A stretch of DNA of 43,616 bases from Azolla caroliniana (taxonomy: Eukaryota; Plantae; Polypodiophyta), in the NCBI GenBank assembly GCA_043228905.1, contig JBHGNT010000261.1, positions 1 through 43,616 on the forward strand, read 5' to 3'. Below are positions 1-13,391 of the stretch, in pieces. The position numbers and the translations under genes are program-made. The notes under the pieces were generated by a model, which was not told where the DNA came from, made no database searches, and saw only the letters and a program-made list of their open reading frames with translations. Every line of letters begins with the position of its first letter. Position 1 is the first letter of the stretch.

Positions 1-3000
1 GCCGGGACTTGAACCCGGGTTGCTCGGGTGAAAGCCGAGTATCCTAACCAACTGGACTACAAGGGAGTATAGAGTTGATAGAGTTGAAAGCTCTTTCTCT
101 AAAATAAAATAAAATCTCAATTAACCATAAATTGCAGAAATGAAAGATTCGTCAATGGTTAGGAATAGAGTGAATAATTTTAACATGCAAGATTTAATTA
201 GAAATTTCAGGCAAGATTTAATTACATATTTATGCTAAGACTTAATTTTGAATGCACTAGTCACATGAGACACTTTAGGTTTTTCAACACGTATTGTCCT
301 TTCAAATTCGATACGTATGAATATTTTGAATTGTAGGCAACCATTGTAACCCACTAAATGTAGATTATGTCTCCACAAGGGTCTATGTCTTGTATTTGTT
401 AATTATGAGACTTTTTTTTTACAAGATGCAGCCTAAACTAGACTTGTTGTTTCCATTACCGGGACTTGAACACAAGTCACTCAGGTGAAAGACGAGTATC
501 CAACCAACAAGATTACAACGGAGTACGGAGTTGATAGAGTTGAAGGATGATTCTTTAAAATAAAATAAGATCTCAATTAACCATAAATTGCAGAAACGCA
601 ATATTCCTTAATGATTAGGAATATAGTTAATAATTCCAACAAGCAAGATTTAATTAGAGATTTATGCAAAGACGTAATTTTGAATTCGCAAGTCACATGA
701 GACGCATTACTTTTCCAACACGTATTATCCTTTCAAATTTGATACGTATGGATATTTCGAATTGGAGCCAACCATTGTAACCCACTACATGTAGATTATG
801 TCAACAGAAGGTTTTATGTCTTGTATTTATTAATTATGAGACGTATTTTTTACAAGATGCAACCTGAACTAGACATGTTGTTTCCACTGTCGATACTTGA
901 ACTTGGGTTGCTCGGGTGAAAGCCGAGTATCCTACCCAACTAGACTACCATGGAATACGGAGTTGATCTAGTTGAAGCATATTTCTCTAAAATAAAAGAA
1001 AATCTCAATTACCCATAAATTTCAAAAACACAAGACTCCTCAATGATTTGGAATAGACTGAATAATTCTAACAGGAAAGATTGACTTAAATATTTATGGG
1101 AAGATTTAATTAGATATTTATACTAAGACTTAATTTTGAATGCACTCGTCACATGAGACGCTTTAGGTTTTTCAACACGTATTATCCTTTAAAATTCGAT
1201 ACGTATGAATATTTTGAATTGTGGGCAACCATTGTAACCCACTAAATGTAGATTATGTCTCCACAAGGGTCTATGTCTTGTATTTGTTAATTATGAGACT
1301 TTTTTTTTACAAGGCGGGTATCCTAACCAACTAAACCATAATGGAGTACGGCGTTAATAGACTTGAAGGATCTTACTCTAAAATAAAATAAAATTTCCAT
1401 TAACCATAAATTGCAGAAACACAAGATTTAATAAATAGTTTGAATTATAGGCAACCATTGTAATCCACTACATGTAGATTATGTCACCACAAGGTTTTAC
1501 GTCTTGTATTTTTTAATTATGAGACTTTTTTTGTAGAAGAAGCAGCCTGAACTACACTTGATGTTTCCATTACCAGGACTTGAACCCGGGTCGCTCGAGT
1601 GAAAGCTGAGTATCCTAACCAACCAGACTACATTGGAGTACGGAATTGATATAGTTGAAGCATCTCTCTCTAAAATAAAATAAAATCTCAATTAACCATA
1701 ATTTCAAAAATGCAAGACTCCTCAATGATTAGGAATAGACTCAATAAGTCTAACAGGCAAGATTTAATTAGATATTTATGTTAAGACATAATTTTGAATA
1801 CACTCGTCACATGAGACGTTTTAGGTTTTTCAACACGTATTATCCTTTCAATTACATTGGAGTACGGAATTGATATAGTTGAAGCATCTCTCTCTAAAAT
1901 AAAATAAAATCTCAATTAACCATAAATTTCAAAAATGCAAGACTCCTCAATGATTAGGAATAGACTCAATAAGTCTAACAGGCAAGATTTAATTAGATAT
2001 TTATGTTAAGACATAATTTTGAATACACTCGTCACATGAGACGTTTTAGGTTTTTCAACACGTATTATCCTTTCAAATTCGATACGTATGGATATTTTGA
2101 ATTGGAGGCAACCATTTTAACCCACTACATGTTGATTATGTCACTACAAGGTTTTATGTCTTGTCTTTGTTAATTATGAGACATTTTTCGTCTAAGATGT
2201 ATCCAACCTGAATTAGACTTGTTGTTTGCATTGTTGGGACTTGAACCCGGGTTGCTTGGATGAAAGTCGAGTATCCTAACCAACTAAACTACAATGGAGT
2301 ACGGAGTTGATAAAGTTGAAGCATCTTTCTCTAAAATGAAATAAATTTCCATTAACCATAAATTGCAGAAACGCAAGATTCCTCAATGATTATGAAAATA
2401 GTGAATCATTCTAACAGGCAAGATTTAATTACATATTTATGCTAAGACATAATTTCTAATGCGCATGCCACATGAGACGCTTGAGGTTTTTCAACACGTA
2501 TTATCCTTTCCAATTCGATACGTATGGATATTTCGAATTGGAGGCAACCATTGTAACCCACTACATGTAGATTATGTCACCACAACGTTTTATGTCTTGT
2601 ATTTGTTAATTATGAGACTTTTTTTTTACAAGATGTATCCAACCTGAACTAGATTTGTTGTTCCCATTCCCAAGACTTGAACCGGGGTCGTTCGGCTAAA
2701 AGCCGTGTATCCTAACAAACTAGACTACAATGGAGTACGGAGTTGCTAGATTTGGAAGCTCTTTCTCTAAAATACAATAAAATCTCAATTAAGCATCAAT
2801 TGTAGAAACGCAAGATTCCTCAATCATTAGGAATAGAGTGAATAATTCTAACATGCAAGATTTAATTAGATATTTATGGCAAGATTTAATTAGATATTTA
2901 TGCTAAGACTTAATTTTGGATGCACTAGTCACATGACACGCTTTAGATTTTTCAACACGTATTATCCTTTCCAATACGATACGCATGGATATTTTAAATT

Positions 3001-6000
3001 GGAGGAAACCATTGTAAGCCACTTCATGTAGATTATATCACAACAACGTTTTATGTCTTGTATTTCCTAATTATGAGACGTTTTCCGTAGAAGATGCAAC
3101 CTGAACTAGACTGATGTTTCGCTTGCCGGCACTTGAACCCGGGTTGCTTCGGTGAAAGCCGAGTATCCTAACCAACTAGACTACAATGGAGTACAAAGTT
3201 GATAGAGTTGAAGGCTCTTTCTCTGAAATAAAATAAAATCTCAATTAACCATAAATTGCTAAAACGCAAGATTCCTCAATGATTAGGAATATAGTGAATA
3301 ATTCTAACATGCAAGATTTAATTAGAAATTTCTGGCAAGATTTAATTAGATATTTATGCTACGACTTAATTTTTAGTGCACTAGTCACATCAGACATTTT
3401 AGGTTTTCCAACACATAATATCCTTTCAAAATCGATATGTATGGATATTTCGAATTCTAGGCAACCATTGTAACCCACTACATGTAGATTATGTCTCCAA
3501 AAGGGTTTATGTCTTGTATTTGTTAATTATGAGACTTTTGTTTTACAAGATGCAGCTTGAACTACACTTGTTGTTTCCATTGCCAGGACTTGAACTCGGG
3601 TCACTCAAGTGAAAGTCGAGTATCCTAACCAACTACACTACAATGGAGTACGGAGTTGATAGAGTTGAAGGATCTTTCTCTAAAGTAAAATAAAATGTCG
3701 ATTAACCCTAAATTGGAGAAACGCAAGATTCCTTAATGATTAGGAATAGAGTGAATAATTCTAAGAGGCAAGATTTAATTAGATATTTATGCTAAGACTT
3801 AGTTTTGAATGCGCAAGTCACATGAAGACGCTTTAGGTTTCACAAGTCACATTAGACGCTTTAGGTTTTTCAACACGTATTATCCTTTCAAATTCGATAC
3901 GTATGGATATCTTTAATTCGAGGAAACCGTTGTAACCCATTACATGTAGATTATGTCACCACAAGGTTTTATGTCTTGTCTCTATTAATTATGAGACTTT
4001 TTTCGTCTAAGATGTATCTAACCTGAAGTAGATTTATTACATATTTATGCAAAGACTTAATTTTGAATGGGCAAGTCATATGAGACGCTTTAGGTTTTTC
4101 AACACGTATTATCCTTTCAAATTCGATACGTATGGATATTTAGAATTGGACCTAAGCATTGTAACCCACTATATGTAGATTATGTCAGCACAAGGTTTTA
4201 TGTGTTGTATTTATTAATTTTGAGACTTGTTTTTTACAAGATGTATTCAACATGAACTAGACTTGCTGTTCTCATTCCCGGGATTTGAACCCGGGTCGCT
4301 TGGTTGAAAGCCCTGTATCCTAACCAACTAGACTACAATGGAATACGGACTTGATAAAATTTCAATTAACCATAAATTGCAGAAACGCAAGATTCCTCAA
4401 ACATTAGGAATACACTGAATAATTCTAACATGCAAGATTTAATTAGATATTTCTGGCAAGATTTAATTAGATATTTATTTCAAGACTTAATTTTGATTGC
4501 ACTAGTCACATGAGAGGCTTTAGGTTTTTCAACACGTATTATCCTTTCAAATTCGATACGTATGGATATTTTGAATTGTAGGCAACCATTGTAACCCACT
4601 ACATGTAGATTATGTCCCCACAAGGGTTTATCTCTTGTATTTGTTAATTATGAGACTTTTTTTTTACAAGATGCAACCTGAACTAGACTTGTTGTTTCCA
4701 TTGCCGGGACTTGAACCCGGGTTGCTCGGGTGAAAGGCGAATATCCTAACCAACTAGACTACAATGGAGTACGGAGTTGATAGAGTTGAGGGATCTTTCT
4801 CTAAAATAAAATAAAATCTCAATTAACCATAAATTGCAAAAACGAGAGATTCCTCAATGATTACGAATAGAGTGAATAATTCTAACATGCAAGATTAAAT
4901 TAAATATTTATGCTAAGACTTAATTTTAAATGCACAAGTCACATGAGACGCTTTAGGTTTTTTAACACGTATTATACTTTCAAATTCGAAATGCATATTT
5001 TGAATTGAAGGCAACCATTGTAACCCACTACATGTACATTATGTCACTACCAGTTTTTATGCCTTGTATTTGTCAATTATGAGGCTTTTTCGTACAAGAT
5101 ACAACTTGAACTAGACTTGATGTTTCGATTGCCGGAACTTGAACCCACGTCGCTCGGGTGAATGTTGAGTATCGTAATCAACTAGACTACAATGGACTAG
5201 GGAGTTGATAGAGTTGAAGTATCTTTCTCTAAAATAAAATAAGATCTCAATTAACCATAAATTGCAGAACGGCAAGATTTCTCAAGCATTAGGAATAGAG
5301 TGAATAATTCTCACATACAAGATTTAATTACATATTTATGCTAAGACTTAATTTTGAATGCGCAAGTCACATGAGACGATTGAGGTTTTTCAACATGTAT
5401 TATCCTTTCCAATTCGATACTTATGGATATTTTGAATTGGAGGCAACCATTGTAAACCACTACATGTATATGATGTCACCACAAGGTTTTATGTCTTGTA
5501 TTTGTTAATTATGAGACTTTTTCGTACAAGATAGAACTTGACATAGACTTGTTGTCTCTCTAAAATAAAATTAAAGGATATTTCTCCAAAATATAATAAA
5601 ATCTCAATTAATCATAAATTGCAGAAACTCAAGATTCCTCAATGATTAGGAATACAGTGAATAATTCTAACACGCAAGATTTAATTAGATATTTATTGTA
5701 AGACGTAATTTAGAATGGGCAAGTCATATCAGATGCTTTAGGTTTTTCAACACGTGTTATCCTTTCAAATTCGATACGTATAAATATTTTGAATTGCAGG
5801 CAACCAGGGTAACCCACTACATGTAGATTAAGTCAGCACAAGGTTTTATGCCTTGTATTTATCAATTATGAGACTTTTTCGTACAAGATGAAACTTGAAC
5901 TAGACTTGATGTTTCGATTGTCGGGACTTGAAGCCGGGTCGATCGGGTGAAAGCCAAGTATCCTAAGCAACTAGACTAGAATGGAGTATGGAGTTGATAG

Positions 6001-9000
6001 AGTTGAAGGATGTTTCTCTACAATAAAATAAAATCTTAATTCACAATTCCTCAATGATTATGAATATAGTTAATAATTCCAAGAATCAAGATTTAATTAG
6101 ATATTTATGCTAAGACTTAATTTTGAATGCGCATGTCACATGAGACGTTTTACGTATTTTAACACGTATTATCCTTTCAAATTCGATACGTATGGATATT
6201 TCTAATTGGAGCCAACCATTGTAACCCACTACATGTAGATTATGTCACCACAAGGTTATATGTCTTGTAATTATTAATTATGAGACTTTTATTTTACAAG
6301 ACGCAACCTGAACTAGACTTGTTGTTTCCATGGCCGGTACTTGAACCCGGTTTGCTGGGGTGAAAGCCAAGTATCCTAACCAACCAGACTACAATGGAGT
6401 ACGGAATTGATATAGTTGAAGAATCTATCTCTAAAATAAAATAAAATCTCAATTAACCATAAATTTCAAAAACGCAACACTCCTCAATGATTAGGAATAG
6501 AATGAATAATTCGAATAGGCAAGATTTAATAAGATATTGATGCTAAGACTTAATTTTGAATGCACTAGTCACATGAGATGCTTTAGGTTTCTCAACACGT
6601 ATTATCCTTTCAAATTCGATACGTATGAATATTTTGAATTGTAGGAAACCATTGTAACGCACTACATGTAGATTATGTCACCACAACGTTTTATGTCTTG
6701 TCTTTGTTAATTATGTCACTTTTTTTGTAGAACATGCAACCTAAACTACACTTGATGTTTCCATTGCTGGTACTTGAACCCAGGTCGCTGGGGTGAAAGC
6801 CAAGTATCCTAACCAATTAGACTACATTGGAGTACGGAGTTGATAGAGTTGAAGACTCTTTCTATAAAATAAAATAAAAGAAAATCTCAATTAACCATAA
6901 ATTGTTGAAACGCAGGATTCCTCAATGATTAGGAATAGAGTGAACAATTCTAACATGCAAGATTTAATTAGATATTTATGCTAAGATTTAATTTTGAATG
7001 CACTAGTCACATGAGACGCTTTAGGTTTTTCAACATGTATAATCCTTTCAAATTTGACACGTATGGATATTCTGAATTGGAGGCAACCATTGTAACCCAG
7101 TACAGGTAGATGATGTTACCACAAGGTGTTATGTTTTGTATTTGTCAATTATGAAACTTTCTTCGTATAAAATGTATGCAACTTGAAATAGACTTGATGT
7201 TTCCAGTGCCAGGACTTGAACTTGGGTGGCTCGAGCGAAAGTCGAGTATCGTAACCAACTAGACTACAACGGAGTATGGAGTTGATAAAGTTGAAGGATG
7301 TTTCTCTAAAATAAAATAAAATCTCAATTAACCATAAACTGCGGAAATGCAAGATTCCTCAATGATTAGGAATAGAGTGAATAATTCAAACCGCCAAGAT
7401 TTAAGTAGATATTTATAGTAAGACTTAATTTTTAATGTGCAAGTAAACATGATACACTTTAGGTTTTTCAACACGTATTTTGAATTGGAGGCAACCATTG
7501 TAACCCACTACATGTAGATTATGTCACGACAAGGTTTTATGTCTTGTATTTGTCAATTATGCGACTTTTTTCGTACAGGATACAACCTGAACTAGACTTG
7601 ATGTTTCCATTGTCGGGACTTGCACCCGGGTCGCTCGGTTGAAAGACTAGTATCCTAACCAACTAGACTACAATGGAGTATGGAGTTGATAAAGTTGAAG
7701 GATGTTTCTCGAAAATAAAATAAAATGTCAATTAACAATAAATTGCAGCTTGAACTACACTTGATATTTCCATTGCCCGGATATGAACCTGGTTCGCTTG
7801 GGTGAACGCCGAGTATCCTAACGAACTAGACTACAATGGAGCATGGAGTTGATAAACAGAAGGATGTTTCTCTAAAATAAAATAAAATCTTTATTAACCA
7901 TAAATTGCGGAAACGCAACATGACACATGATATCCTAGTGTTGCCTTCGTGGTTCTTCGTTTACTAAAGGAGATGATCAAGCATGTTTCGTTTGAAATGA
8001 AATGTGATTTTATCCCCTTGAATGAATTATCGGAAAATGTCGTTACTTTAATTAAACGATATACCTCCTACTTATGATACGAGGGAAATTGAGTTCAATC
8101 GGCTAATATATAAAGCTTTATGTTATAGAAGACAATATTTTTATAAAACTAAAAGATTCCTGAATGATTATGAAACTTTTTTCATATAAGATATATGCAC
8201 CTTGAACTAGACTTGATGTTTCCATTGCCGGGCCTTGAACCCAGGTTGCTCGAGGGAAAGTTGAGTTTCCTAACCAACTAGACTACAGTGGAGTATGGAG
8301 TTGACAAAGTTGAAGGATGTTTCTCTAAAATAAAATAAAGTCTCAATTAATCATAAATTGTAGAAATGCAAGATTTCGCAATCATTAGGAACAGACTGAA
8401 TAATTCTAACCGCCAAAATTTTGTTAGATATTTATTGTAAAACTTAATTTTGAATGCGCAAGTCACATGCGACGCTTTAGGTTTTTCAACACGTATTATC
8501 CTTTCAAATTCGATACGTATGGATATTTCGAATTGAAGGCAACCATTGTAACCCAGTACATGTAGATTTTGTATGTGAAGACAAGGTTTTATGTCTTGTA
8601 TTTGTCAATTATGAGACTTTTTTTGTATAAGATGTATCCAACTTGAACTAGACTTGGTATTACCATTGTCAGGACTTGAACACGGGTCGCTCGGGTGAAA
8701 CCTGAATATCCTTACCAGCTAGACTACAATGGAGTATTGAGGTTACAAGGTTAAAGGATATTTCTCTAAAATAAAATAAAATCTCAATTAACCATAAATT
8801 GCGGAAACACAAAATGACACATGATATCCTACTGTTGCCTTCGTGGTTCTTCGTTTACTAAAGGAGAACATCAAGTATGTTTCCTTTTAAGTGAAATGTG
8901 ATTTTATCCCCTTGAATACAATTGAGAATTGGGAATTGGTGGCTACCATTATAACCAACTACATGTATATTATATCACCACAAGGTTTTATGTCTTGTAT

Positions 9001-10200
9001 TTGTCAATTATGAGACATTTTTCGTAGGTCATGCAACCTGAACTACACTTGATGTTTCCATTGCGGGGACATGAACCCGGGTCGCTCGGTTGAAAGCCGA
9101 GTATCCTACCTAGCTAGACTACAATGGAATATGGAATTGACAAAGTTGAAGGATTTTTCTGTAAAATCAAATAAAATCTCAATTAACCAGAAATTGTGGA
9201 AACAGAAGATGACACATTATATCCTAGTTTTGCCTTCGTGGTTCTTCGTTTACTAAAGGAGAGCATCAAGTACGTTTCCTTTGTGAAATGTGATTTTATC
9301 CCCTTGAATGAATTGTCGAGAAATGTTGTTACTTTAATTAAACAATATACCTCGTACTTTTGATACGAGTGAAATTGCGTTCAATATGCTAATATATTAA
9401 GCTTTATGTTATAGAAGATGATTTCTTTATCAAATTAAAAGATTCCTCATTGATTAGAAGTAGTGTGAATAATTCTAACTGACAAGATTTAATTAGATAT
9501 TTATGGTAAGACCAACAACTTTGAATGTGCAAGTAACATGAGACGGTCAAGGATTTTCAACACGTATTATGTTTTCAAATTTGATACGTATGGATATTTT
9601 GAATAGGAGGCAACCATTGTAACCCACTATATGCAAAATATGTCACCACAAGGTTTTATGTCTTGTATTTGTCAATTATGAGACTTTTCTTGAACAAGAT
9701 GCAACCTGAACTAGACCTTATATTTCCATTGTCGGGACTTGAACACGGAACGCTCGAGTATCCTAACAAACTAGACTACAATGGAGTATGAAGCTGATAA
9801 AGTTGAAGGATGCTTCTCGAAAATAAAATAAAATCTCAATTCATCATAAATTGAAGAAACGCAATATTCCTCAATCATTAGGAATAGAGTAAATAATTCC
9901 AATCGACAAGATTTGATTAGATGTTTATGGTAAGACCAAATTTTCAATGCGCAAGTAACATGAGACGGTTGAGGTTTTTCAACACGTATTATGTTTTCAT
10001 ATTCAATACGTATGGATATTTCTATTTGGAGGCAACCATTGTAACCCACTCTATGCGGAATATGTCACCACCAGGTTTTATGTCTTCTAGTTGTCAATTA
10101 TAGGACTTTTCTCGTAAAAGATGCCACCTGAACTAGACTTGATGTTTCAATTGCCGGGACTTGAACCCGGGTCGCTCGGGTAAAATCCGAGTATGCTTAC
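1..10200 (-). repeat. Tandem tRNA-Glu(UUC) array, spacer subfamily A (~430-460 bp monomers, mostly degenerate copies)
   Basis: Recurrent tccattgccgggacttgaacccggg...gactacaatgga (reverse complement of tRNA-Glu) at ~451, 882, 1566, 2227, 2662, 3119, 3576 etc. Spacer has ctctaaaataaaataaaatctcaattaaccataaa. Most copies carry substitutions or indels. Confidence 0.95.
7918..8152. repeat. ~235-bp extra spacer segment in a few A-type units (also ~8812-8916 partial, ~9208-9440, ~42682-42918, ~43572-end)
   Basis: atgacacatgatatcctagtgttgccttcgtggttcttcg... lies between gaaacgcaa and agattcct of the normal spacer. Confidence 0.8.
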
Positions 10201-13200
10201 CAACTAGACTACAATGGAGTACGGAGTTGATAGAGTTGAAGGCTCTTTCTCATCACCATCGATTCTTTACAACCATAAATCGCAGAAACGCAAGATTCCC
10301 CAATGATTAGGAATAGAGTGAATAATTCTAGTAAGCAGGATTTAATTAGATATCTATGCTAAGACATAATTTTGAATGCGCAAGCCACATGAGACGCTTT
10401 AGGTTTTGCAAGTCATATCAGACGTTTTAGGTAATTCAACACGTATTATCCTTTCAAATTCGATACGTATGGATATTTTGAATACGAGGCAACCATTGTA
10501 ACCCACTACATGTAGATTATGTCACCACAAGGTTTTATACCTTGTATTTGTTAGTTATGAGACTTTTTAAGTCTAAGAAGTCTCCAACCTGAACTAGACT
10601 TGTTGTTTACATTGTCGGGACTTGAACCCGGGTCGCTCAGGTGAAAGCCAAGTATCCTAACCAACTAGACTACAATGGAGTACGGGGTTGATAGAGTTGA
10701 AGGCTCTTTCTCATCACCATCGATTCATTACAACCATAAATCGCAAAAACGCAAGATTCCTCAATCATTAGGAATACAGTGAATAATTCTAAAAGGCAAG
10801 ATTTAATTAGATATCTATGCTAAGACTTAATTATGAATGCGCAAGTCACATGAGACGCTTTAGGTTTCGCAAGTCATATCAGACATTTTAGGTTTTTCAA
10901 CACGTATTATCCTTTCGAATTCGATACATATGGATATTTCAAATTCTAGGCAACCGTTGTAACCCACTACATGTAGATTATGTCACCACAAGGTTTTATG
11001 TCTTGTATTTGTTAGTTATGAGACTTTTTTTGTCTTAGATGTCTCCAACCTGAACTAGACTTGCTGTTTCCATTGCCGAGACTTGAACCCGGGTCGCTCG
11101 GGTGAAAGCCTAGTATCCTAACCAACTAGACTACAATGGAGTATGGGGTTGATAGAGTTCAAGGCTCTTTCTCATCACCTTCGATTCTTTACAACCATAA
11201 ATCGCAGAAACGCAAGATTCCTCAATGATTAGGAATAGAGTCAATAATTCTAAAAGCCAAGATTTGAATGCGCAATTCACATGAGACGCTTTCGGTTTCG
11301 CAAGTCATATCAGACGTTTTAGATTTTTCAACACGTATTATCCTTTCAAATTCGATACGTATGAATATTTTCAATTCGAGGCATCCGTTGTAACCCACTA
11401 CACGTAGGTTATGTGACCACAAGGTTTGATATCTTGTATTTTTTAATTATGAGACTTTTTTCGTCTAAGATGTCTCCAACCTGAACTAGACTTGTTGTTT
11501 ACATTGCAAAGACTTGAACCCGGGTCGCTCGGGTGAAAGGCGACTATCCTAACCACATGTAGATTATGTCACCACAAGGTTTTATGTGTTGTATTTGTTA
11601 ATTATGAGAGATTTTTCGTCTAAGATGTCTCCAACCTGAACTAGACTTGATATTTCCATTGCCGGGACTTGAACTCGGGTCGCTCGGGTGAAAGCCAAGT
11701 ATCCTAACCAACTAGACTACAGTGGAGTACGATGTTGATAGACTTGAAGGCTCTTTCTCATTACCATCGATTGTTTACAACCATAAATCGCAGAAACGCA
11801 AGATTCCCCACTGATTACGAATAGAGTCAAAAATTCTTCCAGGCAAGATTTAATTAGATATGTATGCTAAGACATAATTTTGAATGCGCAAGCCACAAAA
11901 GACGCTTTAGGTCTAGCAAGTCATATCAGACGTTTTATGTTTTTCAAAAGGTATTATCCTTTCAAATTCACTACGTATCGATATTTCGAATTCGAGGCAA
12001 CCGTTGTAACCCACTACATGTAGATTATATCACCACAACGTTTTTTGTCTTGTATTTGTTAATTATGAGACTTTTTTCGTCTAAGATGTCTCCCACCTAC
12101 ACTACACTTGTTGTTTCCATTACCGGGACTTGAACCCGGGTCGTTCGGGTGAAACACGAGTATCCTAACCAACTAGACTACAATGGAGTTCGGAATTGAT
12201 AGAGTTGAAGGCTGTTTCTCATCACCATGGATTCTTTACAATCATAAATTGCAAAAACGAAATATTCCTCAATGATTAGGAATAGCGTGAATAATTCTAA
12301 CAAGCAAAATTTAATTAGATATCTATGCTAAGACTTAATTTTAAATGAGCAAGTCACGTGAGATGTTTTAGGTTTTTCAACACGTATTATCCTTTCAAAT
12401 TCGATACGTATGGATATTTTGAATTCGAGGCATCCGTTGTAACCCACTACATGTAGGTTATGTGACCACAAGGTTTTATGTCTTGTATTTGTTAATTATG
12501 AGAATTTTTTCGTCTAAGATGTCTCCCACCTGTACTAGACTTGTTGTTTACATTGCCGGGACTTGAACCCGGGTCACTCGGGAGAAAGCCGAGTATCCTA
12601 ACCACATGTAGATTATGTCACCACAAGATTTTATGTGTTGTATTTGTTAATTATGAGAGATTTTTCGTCTAAGATGTCTCCAACCTGATCTAGACTTGAT
12701 ATTTCGATTGGCGGGACTTGAACTCGGGTCGCTCGGGTGAAAGCCGAGTATCCTAACCAACTAGACTACAATGGAGTACAAAGTTGATAGAGTCAAAGGT
12801 TCTTTGTCATCACCATCGCTTGTTTACAATAATAAATCACAGAAACGCAAGATTCCTCAATGATTAGAAATAGAGTGAATAACTCTAACAGGCAAGATTT
12901 AATTAGATATCTATGCTAAGACTTAATTTTGAATGCGCAAATAACATGAGACGCTTTAGGTTTCGCAAGTAATATCAGACGTTTTAGGTTTTTCAACACG
13001 TATTATCCTTTCAAATTCGATACGTATGGATATTTTCAATTCGAGGCATCCGTGGTAACCCACTACATGTAGGTTATGTAACCACAAGGTTTTATGTCTT
13101 GTATTTGTTAATTATGAAACTTTTTTCGTTTAAGATGTCTCCCACCTGTACTAGACTTGTTGTTTACATTGCCGGGACTTGAACCCGGGTCGCTCGGGAG

Positions 13201-13318
13201 AAAGCCGAGTATCCTAAGCACATGTAGATTATGTCACCACAAGGTTTTATGTGTTGTATTTGTTAATTATGAGAGATTTTTCGTCTAAGATGTCTCCAAC
13301 CTGAACTAGACTTGATAT

Positions 13319-13391
13319 TTCCATTGCCGGGACTTGAACCCGGGTCGCTCGGGTGAAAGCCGAGTATCCTAACCAACTAGACTACAATGGA
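13319..13391 (-). tRNA. tRNA-Glu(UUC), consensus-intact copy
   Basis: Minus strand TCCATTGTAGTCTAGTTGGTTAGGATACTCGGCTTTCACCCGAGCGACCCGGGTTCAAGTCCCGGCAATGGAA. Acceptor TCCATTG/CAATGGA, anticodon stem CTCGG/CCGAG with TTC, GGTTCAAGTCC B box, no encoded CCA. Plant cytosolic type. Confidence 0.92.

Noticed and set aside
12549-12603. Alternative-anticodon tRNAs (gggagaaag variants)
   Set aside because: Change is at position 37, not the anticodon, and these copies lack the 5' end, so they are pseudogenes.
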